Shown piece after piece: positions 19,692 through 31,142 of a stretch of DNA of 64,000 nucleotides; position 1 is the first letter of the stretch; each line of letters opens with the position of its first letter. This stretch comes from Chloroflexota bacterium. Its GTDB lineage: Bacteria > Chloroflexota > UBA11872 > VXOZ01. The position numbers and the translations under genes were made by a program. The notes below the pieces were generated by a model, which did no database searches, was not told the DNA's origin, and saw only the letters and a program-made list of their open reading frames with translations. Where the stretch lies: NCBI GenBank assembly GCA_965221905.1, contig OZ244922.1, positions 608,001 through 672,000 of the forward strand. The letters run 5' to 3'.

Positions 19692-20867
19692 ATGGATGAA
19701 ATACGCATCGGTATTGTCGGACTAGGTCATCGCGGGCTGCACTGGCTGCGCATGCTCGAGCGGATAGAAGGCTACCGCATTACGGCCTTGTGCGATCCGA
19801 TTGTGGCGCTGCACGAGCGGGCTTTGGCGGAACTGCACCAGCGTGACGGCGTGACGGCCTACGCAAGCTATGAGGACATGCTGGGCGACCCGATCGTGGA
19901 CGCGGTGGCCGTTACCGTGCGCTGCAAGGAGCAGGGCGAACTGGCGGCCATGGCGCTGGAAGCCGGCAAGCACGTGAATACTGAGGTGCCGGCGGCGCAC
20001 ACCATTGCGGACTGCTGGCGCATCGTGCTGGCGCAGGAGCGGTCGGGCCTGGTCTACCAGCTTGGCGAGCAGACGCGCTTCTGGGGCTATATCGACGCCT
20101 GGCGCGATCTGGTGCAGTCGGGCAAGTTGGGACAGATCACGTTCTGCGAGGGGCAGTACATCGGCTATTACGGCACGCGCCAGTTTTTTCAAGACCCTGA
20201 TTCAGGAGAGTTTGCCGCAGTAGAAGAGCTCTATGAAAAACCCGGGGCGCAGCCGACCTGGCTGCACACCATGCCGCCGATTCACTACCTGCCCCATGAG
20301 TTAAGCCCGCTGCTGAAAGTGCTCGACGACCGGGTGGTGAACGTGACCGCTATGAGCACCGGCGCGCCCAGTTACTCGCACCCCGAAATCGGCCAGCCGG
20401 ACGTGCAGGTGGCGCTGATGAAGACGGAGAAAGACGCGATTCTGCGGTTGGTCTGTGGCTTTACCCAGCCGGTCTCCCACGGCATGGGACACCACTGGTT
20501 CCACATCAGCGGCACGGGCGGCGTGCTGGAATGGAAGCGCAGCGGCCAAGGCAAGCCGCTCATGTGGCTGGCCGACGGCCAGATGCACGACCCGGCGGAG
20601 ATGGACTGGGGCCACGCCCGCACCGACGCGCCAGCCGAGGCCCGCGGCAGCGGTCACGGCGACGCCGACTACTACGTCCACGTCTCGTTCCGCGATGCCG
20701 TGCTCGGCAAAACACCCCTGGAGTTCGACGTCTACCAAGCTATGGATACCGCCGCCCCCGCCATCCTCGCCGCCGATTCCATCGACCAAGGGACTGCACT
20801 TCTCCAAGTCCCCAACTTCCGCCCGGGACCTGAGAGACAAAAGAGCGAACCGCCAGACCTCGGGTGA
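19692..20867 (+). CDS. Gfo/Idh/MocA family oxidoreductase (EVP-type)
   Basis: IGIVGLGHRG, GKHVNTEVPA, GHGDAD. Confidence 0.9.
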   Translation: MDEIRIGIVGLGHRGLHWLRMLERIEGYRITALCDPIVALHERALAELHQRDGVTAYASYEDMLGDPIVDAVAVTVRCKEQGELAAMALEAGKHVNTEVPAAHTIADCWRIVLAQERSGLVYQLGEQTRFWGYIDAWRDLVQSGKLGQITFCEGQYIGYYGTRQFFQDPDSGEFAAVEELYEKPGAQPTWLHTMPPIHYLPHELSPLLKVLDDRVVNVTAMSTGAPSYSHPEIGQPDVQVALMKTEKDAILRLVCGFTQPVSHGMGHHWFHISGTGGVLEWKRSGQGKPLMWLADGQMHDPAEMDWGHARTDAPAEARGSGHGDADYYVHVSFRDAVLGKTPLEFDVYQAMDTAAPAILAADSIDQGTALLQVPNFRPGPERQKSEPPDLG

Positions 20868-21004
20868 CAAAGACTAGATGCCTAATGGCCAAGTTAGTGC
20901 ATTAGGTAGTCTAGACGCTTTCGCCAAGCATCTTGATTCTATTGACTCACTGTGACCCCCAGAATGCCATTCGCTACGCCGCAACAGATGAGGTGAAGTG
21001 ATTC

Positions 21005-23341
21005 ATGAAGTCACGCATTGCAGGCCTGGCACTTGAATTCCTGCGGCGTTTTCGCTCAAAGCGACTTTGCAGGTCGGGCCTCGAGTTGTGCCATGCAGGT
21101 CGGTTCAGAGAGGCAAGAGAGCAATTCAATAAAGTAGTCTCAATTGATCCAGAGCATGTCTCCGGATACTACTATCGTGCCATTTGCCACGCGGAACTGA
21201 ATAACCACCTAGCAGCAATTGAGGACTATGGCAAGGCCCTTGTCCTACGTCCGAATCTTGCCAATGCCTACTATGATCGTGGCCATTCGCTCCTAAAACT
21301 AGGGAACCACATAGAAGCGGTAGACGACTTCGATAAGGCATTGGATCTTGAGATATCGATCGAGTTCGAGGCTGAGGACGCCGAAGCCTACTACCGTCGC
21401 GCGATTGAATCATACGAAGAGCGAGACTGCAGGAAATCGCTAACGGACTTAGACAGGGCTGTCATTATCAGACCACACCACGCAGGAACTTATCTCTTGC
21501 GTGGAGTTTGTCACAGTTTTGTTGGCAGCTACGTAGAAGCAGCGGATGACTATGACCGGGCACTTGCGCTTGATCCATCCCTTGAACTCGAGCCTAAGTG
21601 TGCAGAAGCGTATCTGCAGCGGGGACTGTCCCGCGCGCAAGCAGGTGGACATAGGAGTGCCATAGCAGATATCGAAAGGGTTCTTGAACTCGAACCAAGA
21701 TGTGCTGAAGCGTATCTTCAAAGGGGCTCTTGTCATAGCGAACTAGGCAACCACGTAGAGGCGGCGGATGATTATGACCGCGCACTTGCGCTTGATCCAT
21801 CCCTTGAACTCGAGCCTAAGTGTGCTGAAGCGTATCTTCAAAGGGGCTCTTGTCATAGCGAACTAGGCAACCATGCAGAGGCGGCGGATGATTATGACCG
21901 CGCGCTTACACTTGATCCATCTCTTGTACTCAAGCATAAGTGTGCAGAAGCGTATCGGTTCCGTGGCATCTACCAAAGTGAACAAGGCAACTATGTAGAA
22001 GCGGCTGGCGACTATGACCGCGCGCTTGCACTTGATCCATCCATTGAACTTGAGGCTAAGTGTGCAGAAGCGTATCGGTTCCGTGGCATCTACCAAAGTG
22101 AACAAGGCAACTATGTAGAAGCGGCGGAAGACTACGACAGAGCGCTTATGTTTGATCCCTCGATTGAATTAGAAGAATCGGCTGCTGTGGCCTTTCATGG
22201 CAGAGGTTCTCGCCGCGCCGACTGTGGAAAGCACGTAGATGCAATAGCGGACTTTGGTAAGGCTCATGAACTTAATCCAAGGTTTGCTACAGCTATTCTT
22301 GACCGCGGAGTTTCGCGTACGGCATTGGGTTTATACGTGAAAGCTATAGGAGACTTCAGCAAAGCAGGCGAGCTTGAACCAGAGAATGGAGCAGCATTCT
22401 ACAACCGTGGCGTTGCCAATTTGATACTGGACGATTACAGGATTGCAATAAGGGACTTCGATAGAGCGATAGAACTTGATCCTAAATGCGCTGAAGCTCT
22501 ATTGAATCGTGGCTTCGCTTTCAGTCGGCTAGGACAACAGGAGAAAGCGATAGATGACTTTGTTAACTGCATTGCGCTCGAGCGTAGTAATGGCGCAGCC
22601 AGCTACTTCTGCGGAGTCTCCTGCATTCGCAGCGACCGCCTGATGAGGGCATCGGAGCACTTTGACAATGCTCTAATACTTAATCCGGATTTAGAACTTA
22701 CTCCAAAGGATACTATTGCCTACTACTATCGTGGCAAAGACGAAATGAGCCGCGGGAGGTTCGAGGAAGCCGCACGTTATTTTAGCAGGGCGATCAAGTA
22801 CAGGCCAACTAGACGTATAGCAGCTCGTTGCCATTACCTTCGCGGTGTATCCTACAGGAATTTGCGCGTCAATAGAGATATCGCAGCAGATTTTGATAGA
22901 GTTATTATTCTCGACCCAGCAATAAAGCTTGCACCAGAAGATGCCCAGGCCTGGCTAGGTCGTAGCATTCGCCACATGAGACTGGGGCAGCACAGCCAAG
23001 CTAAATCAGACTTCTGGCAGGCGTTGGCAGTCAGCCGTGAACACGTTTCCGAATATTGTTCTAACAAGATTTGCTTTGAAGGGCCCTTGAGAAACTACCG
23101 CGACTTTCGAGAAGCAGTTGAGAAGCACCTTGATATTGAAATTGAGAAATACCTTGAAACCATACCAGGATATATCTTCGCTTCCAACACGCGCGGGTTC
23201 TACGGGAGAGCGAATGAGTATAGGCGGGAGGTAATGGAGGCTCTTGAAAATGGAGAGCCTATTCCAGATCCCTCCACTATGTTTTCTCCGACTTGGCCGA
23301 TACCTGCCAGCAAGAGGGGGAAACGAAGAAGCCTAAGATAG
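21005..23341 (+). CDS. Tetratricopeptide repeat protein with recently expanded repeats
   Basis: Many AEAY..RG......G...A..DYDRAL.LDP units; AT-richer than flanks. Confidence 0.92.
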   Translation: MKSRIAGLALEFLRRFRSKRLCRSGLELCHAGRFREAREQFNKVVSIDPEHVSGYYYRAICHAELNNHLAAIEDYGKALVLRPNLANAYYDRGHSLLKLGNHIEAVDDFDKALDLEISIEFEAEDAEAYYRRAIESYEERDCRKSLTDLDRAVIIRPHHAGTYLLRGVCHSFVGSYVEAADDYDRALALDPSLELEPKCAEAYLQRGLSRAQAGGHRSAIADIERVLELEPRCAEAYLQRGSCHSELGNHVEAADDYDRALALDPSLELEPKCAEAYLQRGSCHSELGNHAEAADDYDRALTLDPSLVLKHKCAEAYRFRGIYQSEQGNYVEAAGDYDRALALDPSIELEAKCAEAYRFRGIYQSEQGNYVEAAEDYDRALMFDPSIELEESAAVAFHGRGSRRADCGKHVDAIADFGKAHELNPRFATAILDRGVSRTALGLYVKAIGDFSKAGELEPENGAAFYNRGVANLILDDYRIAIRDFDRAIELDPKCAEALLNRGFAFSRLGQQEKAIDDFVNCIALERSNGAASYFCGVSCIRSDRLMRASEHFDNALILNPDLELTPKDTIAYYYRGKDEMSRGRFEEAARYFSRAIKYRPTRRIAARCHYLRGVSYRNLRVNRDIAADFDRVIILDPAIKLAPEDAQAWLGRSIRHMRLGQHSQAKSDFWQALAVSREHVSEYCSNKICFEGPLRNYRDFREAVEKHLDIEIEKYLETIPGYIFASNTRGFYGRANEYRREVMEALENGEPIPDPSTMFSPTWPIPASKRGKRRSLR
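21540..22165 (+). repeat. Near-identical 120-bp tandem coding repeats within the TPR gene
   Basis: 21721-21780 nearly identical to 21841-21900; 21961-22006 identical to 22081-22126. Confidence 0.85.
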
Positions 23342-23459
23342 GCTAGGTCTAACAAATCTAGATGCCTTAGACTGTGGCTCATTGTGTCCAAAATGTTTGG
23401 TATCCCTAAAGTTCTCTACACTCTCCAAGACTTCAAAGGCATTGAGACATTTGAGCCAA

Positions 23460-24680
23460 CTACTCTTCGATCAACCTGCCGAATTTCCGCTTGCCGACTT
23501 GGAAGATTTGGCCCGGCTTTGCATCGAATGGCGCGTTGGTGTCGGTGATGCGGGTGTTGTCCAGGCGGACGCCGCCTTGTTTGACGAGGCGACGGGCCTC
23601 TGACTTGCTGCTAGCGAGGTTGGCGGCGATGAGGGCGTCCACGATGGTCTTTGCATCCCGTAGTGCGTCATTGAGAGCAATTATAGGAATATCGGTTGGG
23701 AGTGCGCCCTGGCGGAACATGCGCACGAACTCGGCCTCGGCAGCGTGAGCGGACGCTTCGTCATGGAACTGGGTCACGATCTCGCGGGCGAGGAGGGCCT
23801 TAACGTCGCGGGGATTGCGCCGCTCGGCGGCCATGTCGGCAAACGTCTCTTCCAACGTCGGCGTCGGAATATCCGTTAGCGTTTCAAAATAGTCGCGCAT
23901 TACGGCATCGGTGAGCGACATCACCTTGCCGTACATATCGTTCGGCTCGTCGGTGATAGCCACGTAGTTGTCGTAGCTCTTGCTCATCTTGCGCGTGCCG
24001 TCGGTGCCGACCAGCAGCGGCCACGTGAGAAACTGCTGCGGCGGCAGGCCGTGGGCCGACATGATGTCGCGGGCCACCTGGAAATTGAAGTACTGGTCGG
24101 TGCCGCCGAGCTCCACGTCGGCTTCGATGGCAACCGAATCGTACGCCTGGAGCAGCGGGTAGAGAAACTCCACCACCGAAACGGCCTGACCGCCCCGGTA
24201 GCGCGTGGAGAAGTCGTCGCGGTCGAGCATGCGGTTCACGGTGTACTTGGCGCAGAGGCGCACCACGTCTTCCAGCGCGAAATCCTCGAACCAGGAAGTT
24301 TGCCAGGCAACCTCGATCTTGTCCACGTCCACGATCTTGCCCATCTGGTCGAGGTAGGTCTGGGCATTGGCCTGCACTTCCTCGGCGCTGAGCATCTGGC
24401 GCGTGGCGGAGCGACCCGACGGATCGCCGATGCGGGCGGTCCAGTCGCCGATAATTATGATCACGCGGTGCCCCAACTCCTGGAACTGCCGGATTTTGCG
24501 GAAGCCCACCGCATGGCCCAGGTGAAGGTCGGGCCGGCTGGGGTCCACGCCGAACTTGATGCGCAGCGGTTTGTCCGCCCGCAGCATTTTTTCCAGGTCA
24601 GCCCGCACCACCGCGTCCACCACGCCCCGGTTTAGCAGCGTTTGCAGCGCTTCTTCTGACGTTTGTACCGTCGCCATCAC
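23460..24680 (-). CDS. tyrS: Tyrosine--tRNA ligase
   Basis: GVDPSRPDLHLGH (HIGH), GGTDQ, KMSKS, C-terminal S4 domain. Confidence 0.97.
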   Translation of the reverse strand: MMATVQTSEEALQTLLNRGVVDAVVRADLEKMLRADKPLRIKFGVDPSRPDLHLGHAVGFRKIRQFQELGHRVIIIIGDWTARIGDPSGRSATRQMLSAEEVQANAQTYLDQMGKIVDVDKIEVAWQTSWFEDFALEDVVRLCAKYTVNRMLDRDDFSTRYRGGQAVSVVEFLYPLLQAYDSVAIEADVELGGTDQYFNFQVARDIMSAHGLPPQQFLTWPLLVGTDGTRKMSKSYDNYVAITDEPNDMYGKVMSLTDAVMRDYFETLTDIPTPTLEETFADMAAERRNPRDVKALLAREIVTQFHDEASAHAAEAEFVRMFRQGALPTDIPIIALNDALRDAKTIVDALIAANLASSKSEARRLVKQGGVRLDNTRITDTNAPFDAKPGQIFQVGKRKFGRLIEE

Positions 24681-24994
24681 CTGCTCCTCTGGTCTCGAAA
24701 TTGGTAAAGGACTTCAATTGCTGTGAAGGTTTCACAAGCGATTATATACTGCGGGCAAAGATTGGATGCTCCAGCCCCTGGCAAGAGTTAAAAAAAACGC
24801 TGACGGAATGGATGCATGAAATTACAAGAAGCAACGGCTAGGTTTCGACTGCCGGAACAACTAGGTAGCGCTGAAACGCGCCGTGAGTGCACTTGTCAAG
24901 GACAGACGTCCTGAGCGGCGCTTGAAACGTCATTCTTGTGCGTGTTGACTAATTCGTTGACAGTTCAATAATTACAATTGAAACCATGGCTGGC

Positions 24995-25359
24995 AGAAGA
25001 CGTGCAACTCCGTCATTCCGGCGCAAGCCGGAATCCATCTTCGCTGCACCCCCTGGACTCCGGCCCCGTATCAAGTACGGGGCAGGCTTTTCGCCGGAGT
25101 GACGGTTCTCCTGCCGCCTGCCATGTTCGTCTCTGATGCATGTGCAAACACTTCTCGTGCTTGGAGCAACCTATCGCGTAAGACAGCCAATACTAGGACA
25201 TCATCTCCTGTTGTTTGAAGTTCCACTACTGTCAGCGAATTACCTGACATTTACAATTCCGGCGAAATCCCTGCCCGTGCTTGTTGCGGGGCCGATGTCC
25301 AGGCATAGAGCAAAGATGGATTCCCGCTTTCGCGGGAATGACGGCATTGAACGTCTTCT
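24995..25359. repeat. Composite palindromic repeat mosaic (BIME-like) with ~51-bp outer inverted arms
   Basis: 24995-25045 is the near reverse complement of 25309-25359 (GTCATTCC..GGAATCCA family); inner units 25053-25105 and ~25254-25302 are also inverted. Confidence 0.8.
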
Positions 25360-25468
25360 CCATTCCAGGTATGCGCTGAGTTCACGAATCTGTCAACGAA
25401 GTAGCCTGTACTTTCACGAATGACTTCTGACTCAATCGGAGAAGTGGATTAGACTGAGCTCGAACATC

Positions 25469-25882
25469 CTAACTCACATGTCGAGCGCGCTTCGCCGCAA
25501 GGCCGCCAAGAAAAGTGGAAACCAGAAACGCAACGAGCATGCCGATGGGGAACCATAATTTTGCGGGATAAAAGACATAGAATGAGTAAACGCCCCAAAG
25601 GGATAGCAGTCCGCCGATGGCGCTGGTGACGGCAAGAGCGCTCCCCTTTGCCACCTTGGCCCCAATAAAGCCGCCCACCAGTCCACCCAGGGCAGCGGCA
25701 AGTATCACCAGCATCAGGCCGTTCGTCTCAGCGGCAGCTACCCGCAACGCCGTGGCTTCAGGCGTTTGGGGGTCCATCAATTCCGGTGGCGTGGGATAGA
25801 ACCGGTCTGCCGCGACGCTTCCAAGAAAGAAGACAACGTTGGCGACAAGCACGCCGAGGACAACAGCAAGGATTTTCCGCAT
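25469..25882 (-). CDS. Hypothetical membrane protein (4 TM)
   Basis: GAGG RBS, four hydrophobic segments. Confidence 0.75.
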   Translation of the reverse strand: MRKILAVVLGVLVANVVFFLGSVAADRFYPTPPELMDPQTPEATALRVAAAETNGLMLVILAAALGGLVGGFIGAKVAKGSALAVTSAIGGLLSLWGVYSFYVFYPAKLWFPIGMLVAFLVSTFLGGLAAKRARHVS

Positions 25883-26351
25883 GAGTGCCTCTCTTTCGGT
25901 TGCGGGGGTACTACTTCCATTATATCCGCCGGAGTTGCCGGACCTAAAGGCAGAGCGGTCACTGGGATGGGGAGTAGAGTGGCGGACGGTTGATGAGTTG
26001 CCGCCGTAAACCAGAGGCTGCGCCGTTCGCGGGAGGGGCTGGATTCAACAGCATGCAGGGAAGATGGGTTCCCGTTTTCGCGGGAATGACGGAGTCGACG
26101 GAATCGACGAGAGATGACGGAGTTGAGGCGCTGTATGAGGGAATGAACGGGTGGCGCATTCTCAATGCAAAGTGGCAGACTCTGCCTTACGGTACCAAGA
26201 AGTCAATCGAGTTAGTATTCTTACCCAACTACTTGGGGCATTGGACGCAGGTTACAAACCTGCCCTACCGGAGACGAATAGCCCAATTCGACACACCTAT
26301 CTTTCGTGTGGGGCCTGTGCCACTCTTCGCCAAGAGAAAACTGAGACTGCC

Positions 26352-27422
26352 TTACATGCCGCGCAGAGCCTGCACCACGGCGTCGGTGACCTCTTGGGTG
26401 GTGGCGGTTCCCCCCAAGTCGGGAGTACGCACGCCGCCGCTTGCCGTTACCGCTTCCATGGCATTCATGACGAGTTCTCCCGCTTCGTGCTCGCCCAGGT
26501 AGTCCAGCATCATGGCGCCTGCCCAGATAGCCGCCAGCGGATTGGCAATGTTCTTGCCATAAATATCCGGCGCGGAGCCGTGCACCGGCTCGAACATGCC
26601 CGGGTAACGTCGGGTAGGATCGATATTGGCGCTGGGCGGCAGACCCAAGCTCCCCTGCAGCGCGCCGCCAAGGTCGGTGAGGATGTCAGCAAAGAGATTC
26701 GAGGCGACCACTACGTCGAATGATTCAGGACTGGTCACGAACCGGGCAGCAGCAGCGTCTACGTGGTACTTACTGGTTGCAATGTCAGGATAATCCTGTG
26801 CCACAGACAAGAAAACCTCGTCCCAGAAGACCATGTTGTACTGCATGGCGTTGGACTTGGTGATGCTCGTGACGCCGGTGCGCCCGTGGGTTTGGGCATA
26901 GTCGAAGGCGTAGCGAATGATGCGCTCCACGGCAGTGCGCGTAAAGACGATGGACTGCAACGCCACTTCGTGATCGGTGCCCACGTGCACACGGCCGCCT
27001 ACGCCGGAGTACTCGCCCTCAGTGTTTTCTCTCACGCAGACGAAGTCGACATCTTCAGGCCCCTTGTCGCGCAGAGGGCCGTTAATACCACGAAGCAGCT
27101 TGATGGGACGCAGGTTGACGTATTGCCGAAAGGCCTTGCGAATCGGGAGCAGCAAGCCCCAGAGCGAAATGTGATCGGGTACCGTGGGGAAGCCCACCGC
27201 GCCGAGATAGATCGCTCGGAACTGTTCCAGCGTCTGCAGCGCGTCCGCCGGCATCATGAGGTCATGCTGCAGATAGTATTCGCAGCCCCATGGAAAGTCG
27301 GTGTAGTTGAGCCAGTAACTACCGGTTAAGGCACCGGCGGCGTCGAGCACCTGTTTCCCCGAGGCGATGACGTCCGGTCCGATTCCGTCGCCGCCAATTT
27401 CGGCAATCTCATACGTCTGCAT
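26352..27422 (-). CDS. ttuC: Tartrate dehydrogenase / D-malate dehydrogenase (decarboxylating)
   Basis: GDGIG, PDHISLWGLLLPIR, RENTEGEYS, TKSNA, NLFADILTDL, EPVHGSAPDI. Confidence 0.88.
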   Translation of the reverse strand: MQTYEIAEIGGDGIGPDVIASGKQVLDAAGALTGSYWLNYTDFPWGCEYYLQHDLMMPADALQTLEQFRAIYLGAVGFPTVPDHISLWGLLLPIRKAFRQYVNLRPIKLLRGINGPLRDKGPEDVDFVCVRENTEGEYSGVGGRVHVGTDHEVALQSIVFTRTAVERIIRYAFDYAQTHGRTGVTSITKSNAMQYNMVFWDEVFLSVAQDYPDIATSKYHVDAAAARFVTSPESFDVVVASNLFADILTDLGGALQGSLGLPPSANIDPTRRYPGMFEPVHGSAPDIYGKNIANPLAAIWAGAMMLDYLGEHEAGELVMNAMEAVTASGGVRTPDLGGTATTQEVTDAVVQALRGM

Positions 27423-27656
27423 GCGGGTTTGTCCTCCTCAATCGATAGTAAAACGTTGTTACGAAGCTATGTGCTGAATTGCGCAAGCGATGGCGTTTGC
27501 CTCCCGAATGGCTGTGGTTGATGCTTTTCGTCAGAAACCTCGCGAAAATCGTTACTCCACAGCTCAGCGTCGATGAGCGATGTCCATGCTATTCTATACG
27601 GGATGTCTTGCCTCGAGCTCTTGCCAGACTTGATTACAATTGAAACTGCGTGGCCC

Positions 27657-28334
27657 ATGGATAAGCACACACCCTATTATGAACTCTTAGAGGCGATCCG
27701 CCAGCCGGCGTGTCCCGTCTGCCGCTTGGCTATCCGCAGCGGCGACCGCTTTCTGGAGACATATTCCTACGAGCACGTCAACGACATCGAGATCCGGGAG
27801 CTGGTGCGGGCGGCAAAGGGCTTCTGCCATCATCATACCTGGCGACTCTTCCACGAACACAGCCCGTTGGGCACTGCTCTGACCTACTTCGACATTCTCG
27901 GCGAGGCGTCCCAGCAAATCGCCTCCTCTAAAGATCAGCAGGGCTTCTTGCGCAGCCTGGCTGCGCGTGCGCGCAAGCGGCTTACGCCTCAGGGCACGTG
28001 CCTGGGCTGTGATGCGCAGAGCAATGCCGAGCAGCGCTATCTAGGATTGTTGGTCGAGACCCTGCGCGGCGATCGTGAGGCTCAGGAAGCCTATACAGAT
28101 TCGGACGGCCTTTGCTTGCTCCACTTGCGCGCCGCTCTGGTTTCGCGACCCTCGCGCGACGCGACAGACCTGCTATTGCGTGTGCAGGAGAAACGCATCG
28201 CTGCTGTACGCGAGCAGATGAGCGAGATCGTGCGCAAGGCCGACTATCGGGTGAAGGACCGCGTGACTCCGGAAGACATCGACAGCTTGCCCGCGGCGCT
28301 GGCGCAGGTAGTGGGACAAGAAGCGCTGGACTAA
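27657..28334 (+). CDS. DUF6062-like protein with duplicated Cys/His metal-binding motifs
   Basis: CPVC..GFCHHH and CLGC..GLCLLH. Confidence 0.75.
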   Translation: MDKHTPYYELLEAIRQPACPVCRLAIRSGDRFLETYSYEHVNDIEIRELVRAAKGFCHHHTWRLFHEHSPLGTALTYFDILGEASQQIASSKDQQGFLRSLAARARKRLTPQGTCLGCDAQSNAEQRYLGLLVETLRGDREAQEAYTDSDGLCLLHLRAALVSRPSRDATDLLLRVQEKRIAAVREQMSEIVRKADYRVKDRVTPEDIDSLPAALAQVVGQEALD

Positions 28335-28371
28335 GCCAACTGGGGGCGTGTACCAAGAGGGAAGGTGGCCC

Positions 28372-29061
28372 ATGAAGTATGAGCGGATGCTGCCGGCGGA
28401 GATCGAACAGCAATTGCAGACGCGGCCCATCGCCATTCTGCCTTGGGGCGCATTAGAGTGGCACGGCTACCACCTGGCGGTCGGACAAGACGCGTTGAAA
28501 GCGCAGGGCATCGCCGACCGCTGCGCCGAGGCGGCTGGTGCAATCTCGCTGCCGGTGGTGTGGTGCGGCTTTCAGACCATGAAGCCCCACGCGGGTTTTA
28601 AGCACACGCTGGAGTTCCGCGATGAGACCGTGCGCACGTTGGCGCGCGAGTACTTGGAGCAACTGGACGATGAAGGCTTCAAGGTCATCGTCATCATCAC
28701 CGGGCACTACGGACCTCTGCACGTGCGCGCGCTCAAGGAGGTGGGCGAGTGGTATCAGCAGCAGCATCCCCACCTACAGGTCTGGGTGCTGGCGGAGTAT
28801 GAGGTGGTGAAAGACCTCGGGTACACGGGCGATCATGCCGCGAAATGGGAGACCTCGATCTTCTGGCACCTGCATCCTGAACTCACCGACATCAGCCGCT
28901 ACCGCACGGACCTCACCATGAAAGAGCAAGGCGTCGGCGGTGAAGACCCGTCTGTGCACGCTTCACCCGAGCTCGGTGAGATGATTGTGAATGCAATCGC
29001 TGAGCGGGTGGCCGCGCGCTGCGGCGAGTTGCTGGCTGAGGTGCAGAGAGTTGCTAGCTGA
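28372..29061 (+). CDS. Creatininase/creatinine amidohydrolase family protein
   Basis: GALEWHGYHL..GQD, GHYG, DHAAKWETS. Confidence 0.9.
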   Translation: MKYERMLPAEIEQQLQTRPIAILPWGALEWHGYHLAVGQDALKAQGIADRCAEAAGAISLPVVWCGFQTMKPHAGFKHTLEFRDETVRTLAREYLEQLDDEGFKVIVIITGHYGPLHVRALKEVGEWYQQQHPHLQVWVLAEYEVVKDLGYTGDHAAKWETSIFWHLHPELTDISRYRTDLTMKEQGVGGEDPSVHASPELGEMIVNAIAERVAARCGELLAEVQRVAS

Positions 29062-29199
29062 CGTGCAGATTCCGGAAGGTGAAGCGATCTCGCGTAGAGT
29101 GGGAAGACGCGGATGAGAGAACCTGGCGGTGAATTCTAAGGGTGCGGGATTAACTAGGCTCCGTTCATCCTTCGACAGGCTCAGAAACTGTCTTGGGTG

Positions 29200-30320
<1,121 letters not shown>

Positions 30321-30367
30321 TTTTCCAAGATATAAGGACGAACGGAGTCTGGTTCTCCTGGAAGGCT

Positions 30368-30396
30368 GTAGGGGCGGTTCGCGAACCGCCCCTACA
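30368..30396. repeat. GTAG-type REP palindrome
   Basis: GTAGGGGCGGTTCGCGAACCGCCCCTAC; related copies at ~5982-6009, ~8191-8213, ~12167-12192. Confidence 0.75.
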
Positions 30397-30617
30397 GCCT
30401 TCCAATTTTCACCTAATGGGGTGTAAATTTATTGGGGTGTATATTGGTCCGTTTGTGGTGAGCGCTTCGATTAGCTCAGCAAAGGCTTGTCGAACCATGA
30501 ACGGCAATTGGGTTCTAATTGCTCGCGCACGCATTCAGGGGCTATTCATTCAAAGGAAATACGTGGCGGGCCGGACGAGGGTTTGCTGCATTCCCCGCGT
30601 TACTATCTGAAGCCAAG

Positions 30618-31142
30618 CTACAGCCCGCCCCCGCAGGTGTTGGCGGCCCACAGCCCTCGTCCTACGGCGCGCGCCTCTGCCTCCGCCGCTTGGAACATCT
30701 GCTGGTACCGGTACGGCACACTGTACGTGAACTCCCGCGCGTAGCCCTGGCGAACCATCCACTCGTTGAAGAGCACGTCGCCCACCCACACGAACGCCAG
30801 CAGCCGGTCGTAACGATCGCGCCGGCCTTGCGACGCGTCGAATTCCAAGCGCACCGCCTTTCCAGCGAGCAACTCCTTGGCCTTGGCGCTGGCTTCAGGG
30901 CCAAAGCACTGTACGGGCCTCCCCGGCGCATTCGTTTCCGGCGCGTCTATGCCGATCAAGCGCACAGACTCGACTACGCCACGCATGCGTACTTTGATAG
31001 TATCGCCGTCCACAACCGAGACAATGGGGGAGGTACCGTCTGGATTGCCACACGTCCGCTGCGCTACAACAGCAATGAGTAGCGCGATAGTGAGAAGGAC
31101 AAGAGTGCGCCCGCGCAAAATGCCCCTCACGCGCCTCCTCAT
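30618..31142 (-). CDS. Thermonuclease (staphylococcal nuclease family), N-terminally anchored
   Basis: VVDGDT, RLIGIDAPE, DRYDRLLA, GYA, RGLW; start uncertain (31142 or 31169). Confidence 0.93.
   Translation of the reverse strand: MRRRVRGILRGRTLVLLTIALLIAVVAQRTCGNPDGTSPIVSVVDGDTIKVRMRGVVESVRLIGIDAPETNAPGRPVQCFGPEASAKAKELLAGKAVRLEFDASQGRRDRYDRLLAFVWVGDVLFNEWMVRQGYAREFTYSVPYRYQQMFQAAEAEARAVGRGLWAANTCGGGL

Noticed and set aside
21540-22165. Regularly spaced repeats as a CRISPR array
   Set aside because: They are in-frame coding TPR units without unique spacers; no cas genes in the window
24681-24990. T-box riboswitch upstream of tyrS
   Set aside because: No GGTGGNACC T-box motif or terminator/antiterminator pair seen on the minus strand
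25136-26502. ORFs 25136-25423 and 25990-26502 as genes
   Set aside because: They partly translate palindromic repeats (e.g. MDSRFRGND, VPVFAGMT) and show no family signal
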